From positions 480,001-544,000 of the forward strand of contig CAVVPN010000003.1 in NCBI GenBank assembly GCA_963750165.1: 64,000 nt of DNA, in the 5' to 3' direction. How positions within the stretch are numbered: position 1 is the first letter of the stretch; each line of letters opens with the position of its first letter. The notes beneath the pieces were generated by a model. The model searched no databases, was not told the DNA's origin, and was given only the letters and a program-made list of their open reading frames with translations. Positions 42,223 to 51,320 of the stretch are shown here, one piece after another. This stretch comes from an uncultured Gemmataceae bacterium. GTDB lineage: Bacteria > Planctomycetota > Planctomycetia > Gemmatales > Gemmataceae. The position numbers and the translations under genes are program-made.

Positions 42223-44448
42223 TCAATTCTTGAACTTGTCCTTGCCAACGATCAGTTCGCCGACGGTCTTGGTGAACAGCCCCGGCGACTTGTAGCCGGA
42301 CATGCTCTGCAGCAGTTCGAAGCCCATCAGCACGACCAGGAACATGACAGCGACGCACGGCACCAGGAAGAGAACCGGCACGACGCCCCACCGCGCCGGC
42401 TTGATGATCCGCTCGCGGACCACCTCCCGCACCGGCGCGTCCGCCAGGTCGTCCTCCACGTCGATGTCGCCTTCGTCCGTGTCCACGTCGAGATCGCTGA
42501 AGCTGGCGCCGCTCTCGTCTTCCTCGTCGTCGGGCACCGTCTTGCGGGCCGCCTTTTTGGCCGGGGCCTTCCTGCGCGGCTGGTCGTCGTCCAGTTCCTC
42601 CTCGTCGAGGGCGACGACCTCGCTGCCGCTCTCCTCCTCGTCGGCGGTCTCCTCGTCCGCCCCGAGCACCAGGTCGAAGTCGGAAGTCTCCTCGTCCACG
42701 GCGACCGCTTCCGAGCCGGACTCCTCCTCCAGTTGCGGCACATCCAGGTTGTCGCCCTCGAAGATGTCCTGCTCGGCCGCCTCGGCCAGTTCGGGCTCCT
42801 CCGCCAGCGGCGACAGGCCGCCGCTGTCGTCGAGCGTCAACTCGAACTCGCTGTCCGAATCGGTCGGGCTGCCGTCTCCCTCCTCCAGCGTCAACTCGAA
42901 CTCGCTGGACGCCTCCGCGGCGGCGCTGCCGCCGCTGTCGTCGAGCGTCAGCTCGAACTCGCTGGACTCCTCCGCAGCGGCGCTGGTGCCACTGTCGTCG
43001 AGCGTCAACTCGAACTCGCTATCGCTGGGGGCCGCCGGGCCGGGCTTGGGGGTGGTCGAATCGGCGTCCAGGCTCAGCTCGAACTCGATCTCGTCGCTGC
43101 CGTCGCCGCCCTGCTCCAGCGAGATGCCGCTGTCGGCCGGGTTCTCCAGCGAGATGCCGCTGCGCGGGGCTTTCAGGTCCGCCGGCGGGCTCGCGCCCAG
43201 GTCCACGGAGCCGTCGTCGGGGATTTCCAGCGAGAAGTCGTCGCTGCCGGTGTCGAGCGGCGACGAGCTTTCGCCGGCGGGCGTCAGCTCGAAATCGCTG
43301 CTGCTGTCCTCCATGCTTTTCTCGGGCTGCCGGCTTTTCTCGGACTGCTGGGCCACCAGCGACGAGTCGTCGGGCTCGGGCAGGCCGATTTCCGGCTCCG
43401 ACAACTCGAACGGCGAAGTGGTCGGGAACTTGAGCTTGGAGGGGGGCTGCGACTTCTCGGACGGCAGCAGCCCAGCCTTTTGCCGCTCCTCGTCGAGGTT
43501 GATCTCCTCGGTAGCCATGCCCTCGTCGCCGTGGTACGGCGGCGCCATGTCGTGTTCCAGGCGGATGTCGCTGTCGGTGGCGGACGGCGGTGACTGCTTG
43601 CCCAGGGCGACATCGTCGCTGTCAGCGCCGACGATTTTCACGTCGCTGTCGCTGTCGGTGGTCACCAGGCGGGCGTCGCTGTCGGTGTGCTCGCTGGGCG
43701 GCAGGCCGGCGTCACGCTGCAGGTCGATGGTGGACTCCCGCTTGACGGGCGACGGCGGGCCGCCGCTGGGACGCGGTGTTGGCGGGCCGCCCAGGCCACT
43801 GCTGCGCGGGCCGAGCTTGCTGCTGCGCGGCGCCGGCGAGCGTGGGCTGGATTTGGGGCCGCCCATGCCGACATCACTGTCGCCGCCAGCGTCCAGCTCG
43901 AAGTTGATGTCGCTGCCGTCGGCGACCAGGCGGACATCGCTGTCGCTGCCCGGAGGGCCGGGCGGCGGCGATTTCGGGCCCTGGCTCACCGGGGCCGGGC
44001 TGCGCGGGCCGGTATGGACGGCGCTTTTGGGACCGCTTTTCAGCCCACTCCTGGTTCCGCTCTTCGGCCCGCTTTTGGGCGGGCTTTTGGGGCCGCCCAT
44101 GCCGACGCCGCTGGGCGCCTCGTTGAACATATCCGTGCCAACGCCGATGTCCTCGTCGTCGGAGGCCAGGTCAAAGCCGAAGACCTCTTCCTCGCGGCTC
44201 TTGACCGGCGCCTGAGGGGCGGGCGGTTCGGCCGGCGGTGACGCGGGGGTTTCGTCCTGGGGCAGGTCGTGGTCGCTGCCGATGCCACGGCGGCGGGCCA
44301 ACTCCTGAATGTCCTGGACGCGGAAGCGCCAGGTGCCGCGATCCTGGAAGGCGCGGATTTCGCCCTTGCGGGCCATTTGCTTCAGCTCGTCGGCCGGCAT
44401 GTGCAGCACCTTGGCGGCCTCGTCGAGCGTGTAATATCCTTGTGCCAT
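42223..44448 (-). CDS. Excisionase-type HTH protein with long acidic repeat region and C-terminal TM anchor
   Basis: YYTLDEAAKVL..IRAFQDRGTWRFR; repeats SEFELTLDDSG, SDSDVRL, GPKS; hydrophobic helix near the C-terminus. Confidence 0.85.
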   Translation of the reverse strand: MAQGYYTLDEAAKVLHMPADELKQMARKGEIRAFQDRGTWRFRVQDIQELARRRGIGSDHDLPQDETPASPPAEPPAPQAPVKSREEEVFGFDLASDDEDIGVGTDMFNEAPSGVGMGGPKSPPKSGPKSGTRSGLKSGPKSAVHTGPRSPAPVSQGPKSPPPGPPGSDSDVRLVADGSDINFELDAGGDSDVGMGGPKSSPRSPAPRSSKLGPRSSGLGGPPTPRPSGGPPSPVKRESTIDLQRDAGLPPSEHTDSDARLVTTDSDSDVKIVGADSDDVALGKQSPPSATDSDIRLEHDMAPPYHGDEGMATEEINLDEERQKAGLLPSEKSQPPSKLKFPTTSPFELSEPEIGLPEPDDSSLVAQQSEKSRQPEKSMEDSSSDFELTPAGESSSPLDTGSDDFSLEIPDDGSVDLGASPPADLKAPRSGISLENPADSGISLEQGGDGSDEIEFELSLDADSTTPKPGPAAPSDSEFELTLDDSGTSAAAEESSEFELTLDDSGGSAAAEASSEFELTLEEGDGSPTDSDSEFELTLDDSGGLSPLAEEPELAEAAEQDIFEGDNLDVPQLEEESGSEAVAVDEETSDFDLVLGADEETADEEESGSEVVALDEEELDDDQPRRKAPAKKAARKTVPDDEEDESGASFSDLDVDTDEGDIDVEDDLADAPVREVVRERIIKPARWGVVPVLFLVPCVAVMFLVVLMGFELLQSMSGYKSPGLFTKTVGELIVGKDKFKN

Positions 44449-44608
44449 GGCTTCGTCCCGTGAGTGCGCCGGCGGCGCGGCGGTTCAAGAAGGGTAGGGC
44501 GAGAGGTGCGCAAGGGCCGCGCGGGCCGCACTGTACCTTTATCGATTGTAAAGCGCCGGACCTTGAATGCAAGGGACTTTGCTTACTGCGGTGGGTGACC
44601 AGAAAAGA

Positions 44609-44754
44609 GAAACCACGGCATACACGGAAAACACGGAAAAAAACCAGAATATACAAGTGGCCCGGGTTGTGGCGCAGCGCGGGCGATCATTGGCTCTTCC
44701 CGATCATCTTTTTGCTGTCTTTTTTTCCGTGTTTTCCGTGTATGCCGTGGTTTC
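44609..44754. repeat. Palindromic repeat (ACCACGG family)
   Basis: GAAACCACGGCATACACGGAAAACACGGAAAAAA / TTTTTTCCGTGTTTTCCGTGTATGCCGTGGTTTC. Confidence 0.85.
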
Positions 44755-46009
44755 AAACCGCGTTCAGGTTGCCCGCGGCGTCGAAGGTCAGCGGCTGCGC
44801 GGCGCCGAGAACGTCGAACGGCACCGGCCCACGCGGCAACTCCAGACACGGCTCCGACACCTCCAGTTCCTGCACGGACAACGTATTCTTGATGTGCAGG
44901 ATGCGCGCCTCTTCCGGCTCACGCGCACCGATGATCTTCAGTGCCGCGTCGATTACCTCGCGGTCGGTGTCGAAATGGACCGGCAGGTTGGCGCCCTCGG
45001 GATAGCCGGAGGTCAGGCAGTTGATGGTCGTGGCGCGGTAGTCCATCGCCTTGACCAGCCGCGTCGTTGTGAAGTCGGCGAAGCCGATGCCGGTGGCGTT
45101 GCCGTGCGTTTTGTGCGACAGCTCGCGCACGAAGATGAAGCGCATCTGCGGCTGGCCGCTGGGAGCGCCGCCCTTGAAGGCACGCTTGCGACCGACCACG
45201 TTCGTGTCCATGCCGGAGCCGCTGATCTCCTTGCCAATCTCGTCGATGATGAGCAGGTCCGCCTCCTGGTACGGCAGCCGCGCCAGCCATTGTTTCGCCA
45301 GCGCCAGCAGGTGTTCCTCGCGCGGCTCGAAGTCCGCGGGCGCGACCGCCTCGACCGCCGCCGTCTCGTCGAAGGCGTTCTCCACCAGGCCGAGGCCGAA
45401 CGCGATCCGCGCCTTCTCCCGCATGGTGCGGCCAACCGCGCGCACCACCTGGTCGTAAGGGTGTTCGAGCAGCAGACGGTGATAGTGGGCGGCGCCGACG
45501 TGCTTGCCCAGGCCGATCATCATCATCTTGAGCAGGCCGCTCTCGACGGGGCCGTGGTAGCTGGTGTGCGGCTTGACCCGGGCGACGACGCCGATGTGGT
45601 CCGCCTCGGAGGCGTGTTTGTCCAGGTAAACGGGGAAGCCCTCGGCGGTGTGGCCGAGCGTGACGACCTCCATCGCCGCGCAAATCGGAGCGCCGACGTA
45701 GGTTTCGGTGATGCCGTAGCTCTCGATGAGCTTGCGCTGGCCCTCGGCGGTGCCGCCGCCGTGGCTGCCCATCGCCGGCACCAGAAACGGCCGGGCGCCG
45801 AGGTCCTTCAGGAAACTGACGGTGGTCTTGAGCACCAGCGGAATGTTGGCGATGCCACGACTGCCGGCGGTCAGCGCCACGCTCTGGCCGGGCTTGATCG
45901 TGCGGCCGAGGTCGAGCTTTGCCAGCGTCGCCCGCACGGCGGCGGCGACGTTCTCCAGTTTGTTGTTCTCGAAGCGCTGACGCAGACGCAGCATCTTGGG
46001 GTAGGCCAC
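44753..46009 (-). CDS. Lactate racemase-like (LarA/DUF2088) domain protein
   Basis: TAGSRGIANI, PAMGSHGGGTAEGQ, RVKPHT, ESGLLKM..GLGK, IGKEISGSGMDTNV. Confidence 0.85.
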   Translation of the reverse strand: MAYPKMLRLRQRFENNKLENVAAAVRATLAKLDLGRTIKPGQSVALTAGSRGIANIPLVLKTTVSFLKDLGARPFLVPAMGSHGGGTAEGQRKLIESYGITETYVGAPICAAMEVVTLGHTAEGFPVYLDKHASEADHIGVVARVKPHTSYHGPVESGLLKMMMIGLGKHVGAAHYHRLLLEHPYDQVVRAVGRTMREKARIAFGLGLVENAFDETAAVEAVAPADFEPREEHLLALAKQWLARLPYQEADLLIIDEIGKEISGSGMDTNVVGRKRAFKGGAPSGQPQMRFIFVRELSHKTHGNATGIGFADFTTTRLVKAMDYRATTINCLTSGYPEGANLPVHFDTDREVIDAALKIIGAREPEEARILHIKNTLSVQELEVSEPCLELPRGPVPFDVLGAAQPLTFDAAGNLNAV

Positions 46010-46189
46010 GGTTCACCCTGGGTTGAGGAGGGCTGGTGGGAAGTCACAAAGGGGATATTTTAGCAGAAACCACCCGCGCCAGTAGAAGTGAAAATTAAAA
46101 AGAGCAGCCTGCCTTGACGCGGTCGGCAGCTATGGGTAGCGTCCCGCCGCGATTTCGCTCCCTCAGCCCGCAAGAAGGAGGTGCCTGGT

Positions 46190-46942
46190 ATGCAAAAGCG
46201 CTGGCAAATGCTGGCGGTGGGCCTGCTGGCCCTGACCACCGCCCCGGTGAGCGCCGGCCTGCGTGAACTCTCCACCGTGGAGGCCGCGGTCGGCGTGCTA
46301 AAAACGCTCGCCGCCGACCCGCACAAGAGCATCCCGCCGGAGGTGATGCGGGAGGCGCGGGGCGTGGTCATCATCCCCCATGTCGTCAAGGCGGGGTTGA
46401 TCGTGGACCGGCGGTTCGGCCGCGGCGTGCTCTTGACGCGCCGGCCGGACGGCAGTTGGAGCCACCCGGTCTTCGTTACGCTGGACGGCCACGGCATTGG
46501 TCTGGAGGCCGGCGTCGAGGCGACCGATCTGGTGCTGGTGTTCCGCACCGAGAAGAGCCTGGAACACATTCTGCAGGGCAAGGGCCAGGTGACGCTCGGC
46601 AACGACATCGCCATCGCGGCGGGGCCGTTCGGCAAGGAACTGGAAGGTGCGGCGACGCTGCGAGCGAAAGCCGAGGTCTTCGCCTACGGGCGCAGCCGTG
46701 GGCTGTTCGCCGGCGTATCGCTGGAGGGCGACTGTGTGCATAGCGATACCCAGGCCAACGAGGAGTTTTACCACATCCGCGGCTGCCAGCCGGGACACAT
46801 TCTGGCGCTTACTGGTCGGTCCACGGTGGCGGCGGTGGAGCAGCTCAAGGAGCAGGTGGGCCATATGAGCGCACCACTTCCCGTCCATGTCGTGCCGCCA
46901 CTTGCACCGGGCGTCCATCTCGTTCCGGTTCCCAGACGGTAA
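46190..46942 (+). CDS. SYLF/Ysc84 lipid-binding domain protein
   Basis: IIPHVVKAG..GRGVL..WSHPVF, TDLVLVF, YGRSRGLFAGVSLEG. Confidence 0.9.
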   Translation: MQKRWQMLAVGLLALTTAPVSAGLRELSTVEAAVGVLKTLAADPHKSIPPEVMREARGVVIIPHVVKAGLIVDRRFGRGVLLTRRPDGSWSHPVFVTLDGHGIGLEAGVEATDLVLVFRTEKSLEHILQGKGQVTLGNDIAIAAGPFGKELEGAATLRAKAEVFAYGRSRGLFAGVSLEGDCVHSDTQANEEFYHIRGCQPGHILALTGRSTVAAVEQLKEQVGHMSAPLPVHVVPPLAPGVHLVPVPRR

Positions 46943-47006
46943 TCCGCGGCAGCGGCGATGTGGTCTTCACCGTGGAGCCGCGAGCGAAGAAGTAAAAGAA
47001 TTAGAG

Positions 47007-47096
47007 TCGTCATGAACTGAAGTTCACCCAGAGTTCATGAAAATTGGCCGCTACTACTGAACGTACCATCAGGAATGCGGCCTATTCACAGAGCAG
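47007..47096 (+). mobile_element. 90-bp non-autonomous mini-IS110-like unit
   Basis: Starts TCGTCATG..ATGAAAAT and ends TATTCACAGAGCAG, mirroring both ends of the adjacent IS110. Confidence 0.65.
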
Positions 47097-47156
47097 TGGT
47101 CATGTGGCTGCGCGACTCCCTGAAACGATGAAAATGGGGTCAGCGCCGGCTATGTT

Positions 47157-47310
47157 GTCTGTAGCTTTGCTCTGGATGAAGGCCGATTGTCGCTTGGTGC
47201 TTCGAGCCCGCAGAGCCGTGTGGCCTGGACATCGCCACGAACCCGAAACTGTCGCCCCGACCGTCGGGGAGCACGCAGGGTAGATTGGTGCTTTTTGCGA
47301 TGTCCTCCGG
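47157..47310 (+). ncRNA. Candidate IS110 bridge RNA (element 1; ends approximate)
   Basis: Structured left non-coding end downstream of ATGAAA-17-TATGTT; contains CAGGGTAG identical to the element's right end. Confidence 0.5.
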
Positions 47311-47335
47311 GGCAGAGCCGAATCCGGAGGCTGCC

Positions 47336-48574
47336 CTGGACATTCTCTACCGTTGTTGTGCCGGACTGGACGTTCACAAGAAGACCGTGGTCGCCTGCGT
47401 GCGCCGGGTCGATGGGGCCGGGGCAGCGTCTCAGGAGATCCGCACCTTCGGGACCATGACCTGCGATCTGCTGGTCTTGTCCGATTGGCTGGCCGAGCAG
47501 GGCGTGGAACAAGTGGCCATGGAATCGACCGGCGTTTACTGGAAGCCCGTGTTCAACCTCTTGGAAAGCCGCTTCGCCGTACTGCTGGTCAACGCCCAGC
47601 ACAGCAAGCAGGTGCCCGGGCGCAAGACGGACGTCAAGGATTGTGCCTGGATCGCGCAGTTGCTGCAACATGGTCTGCTCCGCGCCAGTTTCGTGCCCCC
47701 GCCGCCGATCCGGGAGTTGCGCGACCTGACGCGGCAACGTGCCCAGTTGGTCGTCGAGAAGGCCACCGCAGCCAACCGCATCCAGAAGGTGCTGGAGGAC
47801 GCCAACATCAAGCTGGCCTCGGTCGCCACGGACGTGCTGGGGGTTTCCGGCCGGGACATGCTGGAAGCGCTCATCGCCGGTGAGGACGCTGCGGAGAAGC
47901 TGGCCGACAAGGTGCGCAAGCGGCTGCGCAACCAGATCCCTGCCCTGCAGAGCGCCCTGCGCGGGCGCGTGACCGCGCATCATCGCTTCCAGCTGCGGTT
48001 GCTGCTGGATCACGTGACGCATCTGGAGGAACTGATCGGCCGGCTGGGGAGCCGGATCCAGGAGGTGATGGCCCCTTTTGCCGAGGCGGTGGCGCGGCTG
48101 ACGACGATCCCGGGGGTGGAGCAACGCGCGGCGGAGACCGTGATCGCGGAGATCGGACCGAACCTGGAGCAGTTCCCCAGCGCCGACCATTTGGCGTCGT
48201 GGGCGGGGATGTGCCCAGGGAATAACGAGAGCGCCGGCAAGCGTCAGAGCGGCCGGACGACCAAGGGGAGTCGGTGGCTGCGGCAGATGCTGACGCAAGC
48301 GGCCTGGGCGGCCAGCCACACGAAGGACACGTATGTGGCGGCGCAGTACCGGCGGCTGGCGGCGCGTCGGGGCAAGAAGCGTGCGTTGGTGGCCTTGGGT
48401 CACACGCTCTTGGTGATCATATACCACCTGCTGAAGCAGCGAACGACCTACCAGGAGTTGGGCGGAGACTTCCTGGAGCGCTTGGAGCCGGACCGGCAGA
48501 CCCGGCAACTGGTCAAACGACTGGAGAAGTTGGGCCATAACGTCATCCTACAACCAAAAGACGATGCCGCCTAA
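47336..48574 (+). CDS. IS110 family recombinase/transposase
   Basis: GLDVHK, MESTG, KTDVKD (DEDD); CPGNNESAGK; GGAGG RBS precedes a CTG at 47336. Confidence 0.95.
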   Translation: MDILYRCCAGLDVHKKTVVACVRRVDGAGAASQEIRTFGTMTCDLLVLSDWLAEQGVEQVAMESTGVYWKPVFNLLESRFAVLLVNAQHSKQVPGRKTDVKDCAWIAQLLQHGLLRASFVPPPPIRELRDLTRQRAQLVVEKATAANRIQKVLEDANIKLASVATDVLGVSGRDMLEALIAGEDAAEKLADKVRKRLRNQIPALQSALRGRVTAHHRFQLRLLLDHVTHLEELIGRLGSRIQEVMAPFAEAVARLTTIPGVEQRAAETVIAEIGPNLEQFPSADHLASWAGMCPGNNESAGKRQSGRTTKGSRWLRQMLTQAAWAASHTKDTYVAAQYRRLAARRGKKRALVALGHTLLVIIYHLLKQRTTYQELGGDFLERLEPDRQTRQLVKRLEKLGHNVILQPKDDAA

Positions 48575-48593
48575 CTGGTTATTTTCAGGGTAG

Positions 48594-48713
48594 CAGTTCC
48601 CAGTCGCGTGGACCACAAGTCGTGGGACGGCTCTCCAGAGCCGTCGGGAGAACGCTGACGGCTCTGGAGAGCCGTCCCACGACTTGTGCGCTACCCAAAC
48701 GCGAACCGCTCTA
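48594..48713. mobile_element. Palindromic MITE carrying a REP hairpin; left tip displaced to 47002-47006
   Basis: Rejoined left end TAGAG|CAGTTC matches the reverse complement of GAACCGCTCTA at 10/11; inner 32-bp arms at 48614-48645 and 48657-48688. Confidence 0.7.
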
Positions 48714-48768
48714 GTTAACAGGGTTCGAGCACTGGGATTTCCGCCCAGCGCTCGAACCCTGTTAACTA
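48712..48768. terminator. Long hairpin (terminator or repeat) downstream of the Cys/Met-rich gene
   Basis: TAGTTAACAGGGTTCGAGC..GCTCGAACCCTGTTAACTA. Confidence 0.5.
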
Positions 48769-48791
48769 ATGCCTGATGCCTAACGCCGAGA

Positions 48792-49253
48792 TCAGCAGCA
48801 GCAGACGGGCATGCCGTTCATCATGACGCAGCAGGTGCAGCCGGCGGTCACCATGGCGCTCATGCAGTCGCAGCAGGACTGAATCATGGCGCTGCAGTCC
48901 TTGTCGCCGCTGGTGCAGGTGATGCACACGCCGTCCTTGGTCATCTCGCACTTGCACATGCCCATCGTCAGGTTGCAGCAGCACATGACCATGCCGTTCA
49001 TCAGGCAGCAGCAGCTGCACATGGTGCCGGCCAGCGACGTACACAGGTTCTGCAGCGTGGTCGCGGCCATCTTGTCGTCACAGACGCACGTGACCTTCAT
49101 GCCGCCCGTGACCTTCTCGAACTTCATCTTGCAGCGCGGCATCATCGCCACGTTCATGGGCATCATGCCCGGCATGGGCGTGCCCATGGTCGGCGTCATC
49201 ATGCCGGGCATGCCCATGCCCAGGTTCGTCGGGTTCGTCATTGTGTTCATCAT
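48792..49253 (-). CDS. Cys/Met-rich hypothetical protein
   Basis: 153 aa with 25 Cys and 30 Met (hand count); internal two-fold repeat; AAGGAG upstream; high-GC3 codons. Confidence 0.8.
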   Translation of the reverse strand: MMNTMTNPTNLGMGMPGMMTPTMGTPMPGMMPMNVAMMPRCKMKFEKVTGGMKVTCVCDDKMAATTLQNLCTSLAGTMCSCCCLMNGMVMCCCNLTMGMCKCEMTKDGVCITCTSGDKDCSAMIQSCCDCMSAMVTAGCTCCVMMNGMPVCCC

Positions 49254-49409
49254 GATCCACTGTCTCCTTGACCAGAAAGCTCCCCACCGGGCGGCCAATC
49301 CGCTGACCGCTCCTCGGGTGGGAAAGCATGACGTGCAGGGGATAGCATACCCTTTTCGGCGCCGTTGGCAATCGTTGCGCAACTTGTGCAGGCTGACCGC
49401 CCGCCCTGG

Positions 49410-50071
49410 TCACTTCAGTTCCTTGAAGCGGACGTTGCGGAACTCCACGCGGTCGGTGTGGCTTTGCAGGCCGATGTGGCCGGTCGTGCGGGCCAACCCG
49501 GGATGCTCCTTCGCCACGGCCGGATCGCGCAGGTACCAGTTCAGGTCAGCGTCCACGACGGTCTTGCCATTGAGGAGCACGGTCACGCGGCGGCCGTAGG
49601 CGCGGACGGTCAGGTCGTTCCACTGGCCGGCGGCCTTGCCGGCGCGGCGTGTCGGCGGCACCACATGATAGATCGAGCCGGTGTACTGGTAAAAGTCGAT
49701 CTTCGCGTAACTGGGATGGTTATCATCCAGGATCTGAATTTCCATGCCGACGCGGCTGATGTGGCCTTCTTTCGCGCGCGGAGGTAGACGCCGCTGTTGC
49801 CGCCGGGCTTCAGGCGGTACTGGAGCCGCAACTCGAAGTTGGCGTACTCGCGCTCGGTGCCCAGCCAACCGCCGCCCGCGCCCGCGCAGACGACCAGATC
49901 GCCCTCGATCTTCCAAACGTCCTTCTTGCCGGCGAACTGTTTCCAGCCGGTCAGATCACGGCCGTTGAACAGCGGCTTGAAGCCGTCCGCTTTTTCCTGG
50001 TCGTCCTGCGGCGCAGCCGCCAGCGGGGTTAGGAAAAGCAGCGCCGCCAGCGGGGAGAGGAGTCGGTGCAT
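49410..50071 (-). CDS. DUF1080 protein (frameshift near 49780)
   Basis: LFNGRDLTGW, GGNSGVY, EIQILDD, GQWN, GHIGLQSH..VEFRNV. Confidence 0.88.
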
Positions 50072-50109
50072 GGAGCGTCTCGATGATGAAGTGGGGGTCG
50101 GACCTTCGG

Positions 50110-50325
50110 TTACTGCCGCTGGCACCACGGTGCGCCGCATGGTGGGCCACTGCCCTCGCAGCGCAGCGGCAGACCGGCGCCGCTCGCGGCCGGCTTCGCC
50201 GGAGCGCTCAGCAACCGCTCCAGCCGGGCGCTGCGGCACGACGGGCACGTCACCGCCTCGTCGCCGAACACCAGTTCCTCAAAGGCGTGCTGACACTCCT
50301 GACAGACGTACTCGAATAGCGGCAT
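50110..50325 (-). CDS. FmdB family zinc-ribbon protein
   Basis: MPLFEYVCQECQHAFEEL..CPSC. Confidence 0.9.
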   Translation of the reverse strand: MPLFEYVCQECQHAFEELVFGDEAVTCPSCRSARLERLLSAPAKPAASGAGLPLRCEGSGPPCGAPWCQRQ

Positions 50326-50349
50326 CGCTGGCTCCTCTGGCTCCCCACG

Positions 50350-51300
50350 TCACGAGCGCCGGCGACGGTACATGTCGCTGGCGCGCTGCAAAATCTGCTT
50401 TTCGCTCTCGGTCAAACTTTCCTGGCCGTAGCGTGCGACCTTCTCCAGAACCGCGTCCAGCTTGGCCTCGAGTTGCTCGTCCATGTCACCAGAGACCGGC
50501 GGTGGGCCAGCCGCGACGCGCTGCCGCACCTCCTCCTCGCCGCGGAAGACGCGCAACTTCGGCCGCGACCGCGCCCGCTTCCACGCCCGAAAATCGGGAA
50601 CCCATGACAGCAGGTGCCAGTGTGCCTTGTAGTACGCGAAGGCGAAGCCCGCCCCGGCCAGGTGGACCACCACCGCCGTGCCCGTCTTGATGCCGCCGAC
50701 GAACACGAAGGCGTCCTGCGCCACCTGGAACACCACGAACAACCAGATCGGCACCGGCAGTATGAAAAAGAGCAGGATGACGCGGCGCGGAAAGTGACAG
50801 GCGCATAGCACCATGACCGCCGTCACCGCGCCGGACGCCCCCAGGCAGTACGTCGAATGCGGTTGACCGCCCAGCAGCCAGCCGGGAGTACGGCCGTCGC
50901 CGGTCAGCAGCCACAGCGCTTCAAAGGCCACGCCGCCGGCCACCGCCGACACCAGGTAGATCGCCAGGAACTCCTTCGGCCCGTACAACGTTTCGATGTC
51001 GTTGCCGAACCACCAGAGAAAGAGCATGTTGAAGACGATGTGCCAGATGGTGTGGGTGTCGTGCAGGAAGGCATAGGTCAGCAGCCGCCACACCTCGCCG
51101 TGCATGACGCGCGCGGTGTCGAGGACGAACAGGTCCGTGACCAGGCCGAAGCTGGTCCGCGTCATCGGCGTCAGCAGCTGGGCGATGAACAGGGCGACGT
51201 TGATCGCCAGCAGCCATTTGATGACCTGACCCTGCATCCCGATCGCATACAGGAAGCTGGGCCCTTCGCGGCGGTAATACTCACGGTCGTAAATCCCCAT
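50350..51300 (-). CDS. Rhomboid family intramembrane serine protease
   Basis: WRLLTYAFLH, HIVFNM, GASG, HLAG; C-terminal LDAVLEKV..G.ESLT. Confidence 0.93.
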   Translation of the reverse strand: MGIYDREYYRREGPSFLYAIGMQGQVIKWLLAINVALFIAQLLTPMTRTSFGLVTDLFVLDTARVMHGEVWRLLTYAFLHDTHTIWHIVFNMLFLWWFGNDIETLYGPKEFLAIYLVSAVAGGVAFEALWLLTGDGRTPGWLLGGQPHSTYCLGASGAVTAVMVLCACHFPRRVILLFFILPVPIWLFVVFQVAQDAFVFVGGIKTGTAVVVHLAGAGFAFAYYKAHWHLLSWVPDFRAWKRARSRPKLRVFRGEEEVRQRVAAGPPPVSGDMDEQLEAKLDAVLEKVARYGQESLTESEKQILQRASDMYRRRRS

Positions 51301-51320
51301 GACCGCCCATCCCCTCCGCA

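Larger units (their letters stand above)
47097..48593 (+). mobile_element. IS110-family element 1
   Basis: Left end TGGTCATG..ATGAAAAT, right end TATTTTCAGGGTAG; AG core at the junctions; about 240-nt left non-coding end. Confidence 0.8.

Noticed and set aside
42302..44215. Long Ser-rich plus-strand ORF and other long antisense ORFs (e.g. 19297-20847, 34144-35934, 47150-48538)
   Set aside because: Shadow frames of well-supported genes on the opposite strand in high-GC DNA
48792..49253. RiPP precursor (Cys-rich core)
   Set aside because: No modifying enzymes, protease or transporter nearby, and the repeat pattern suggests a folded domain
1673..50071. About a dozen frameshifted genes (kinases, CHAD, ArnT, PEP-CTERM, DUF1080 x2, ECF, anti-sigma, hydrolase, DUF6263, lipoprotein) as programmed frameshifting or pseudogenes
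   Set aside because: Scattered small indels in GC-rich runs, with no shared slippery motif and no other decay; most consistent with long-read assembly error. Needs a read-level check.
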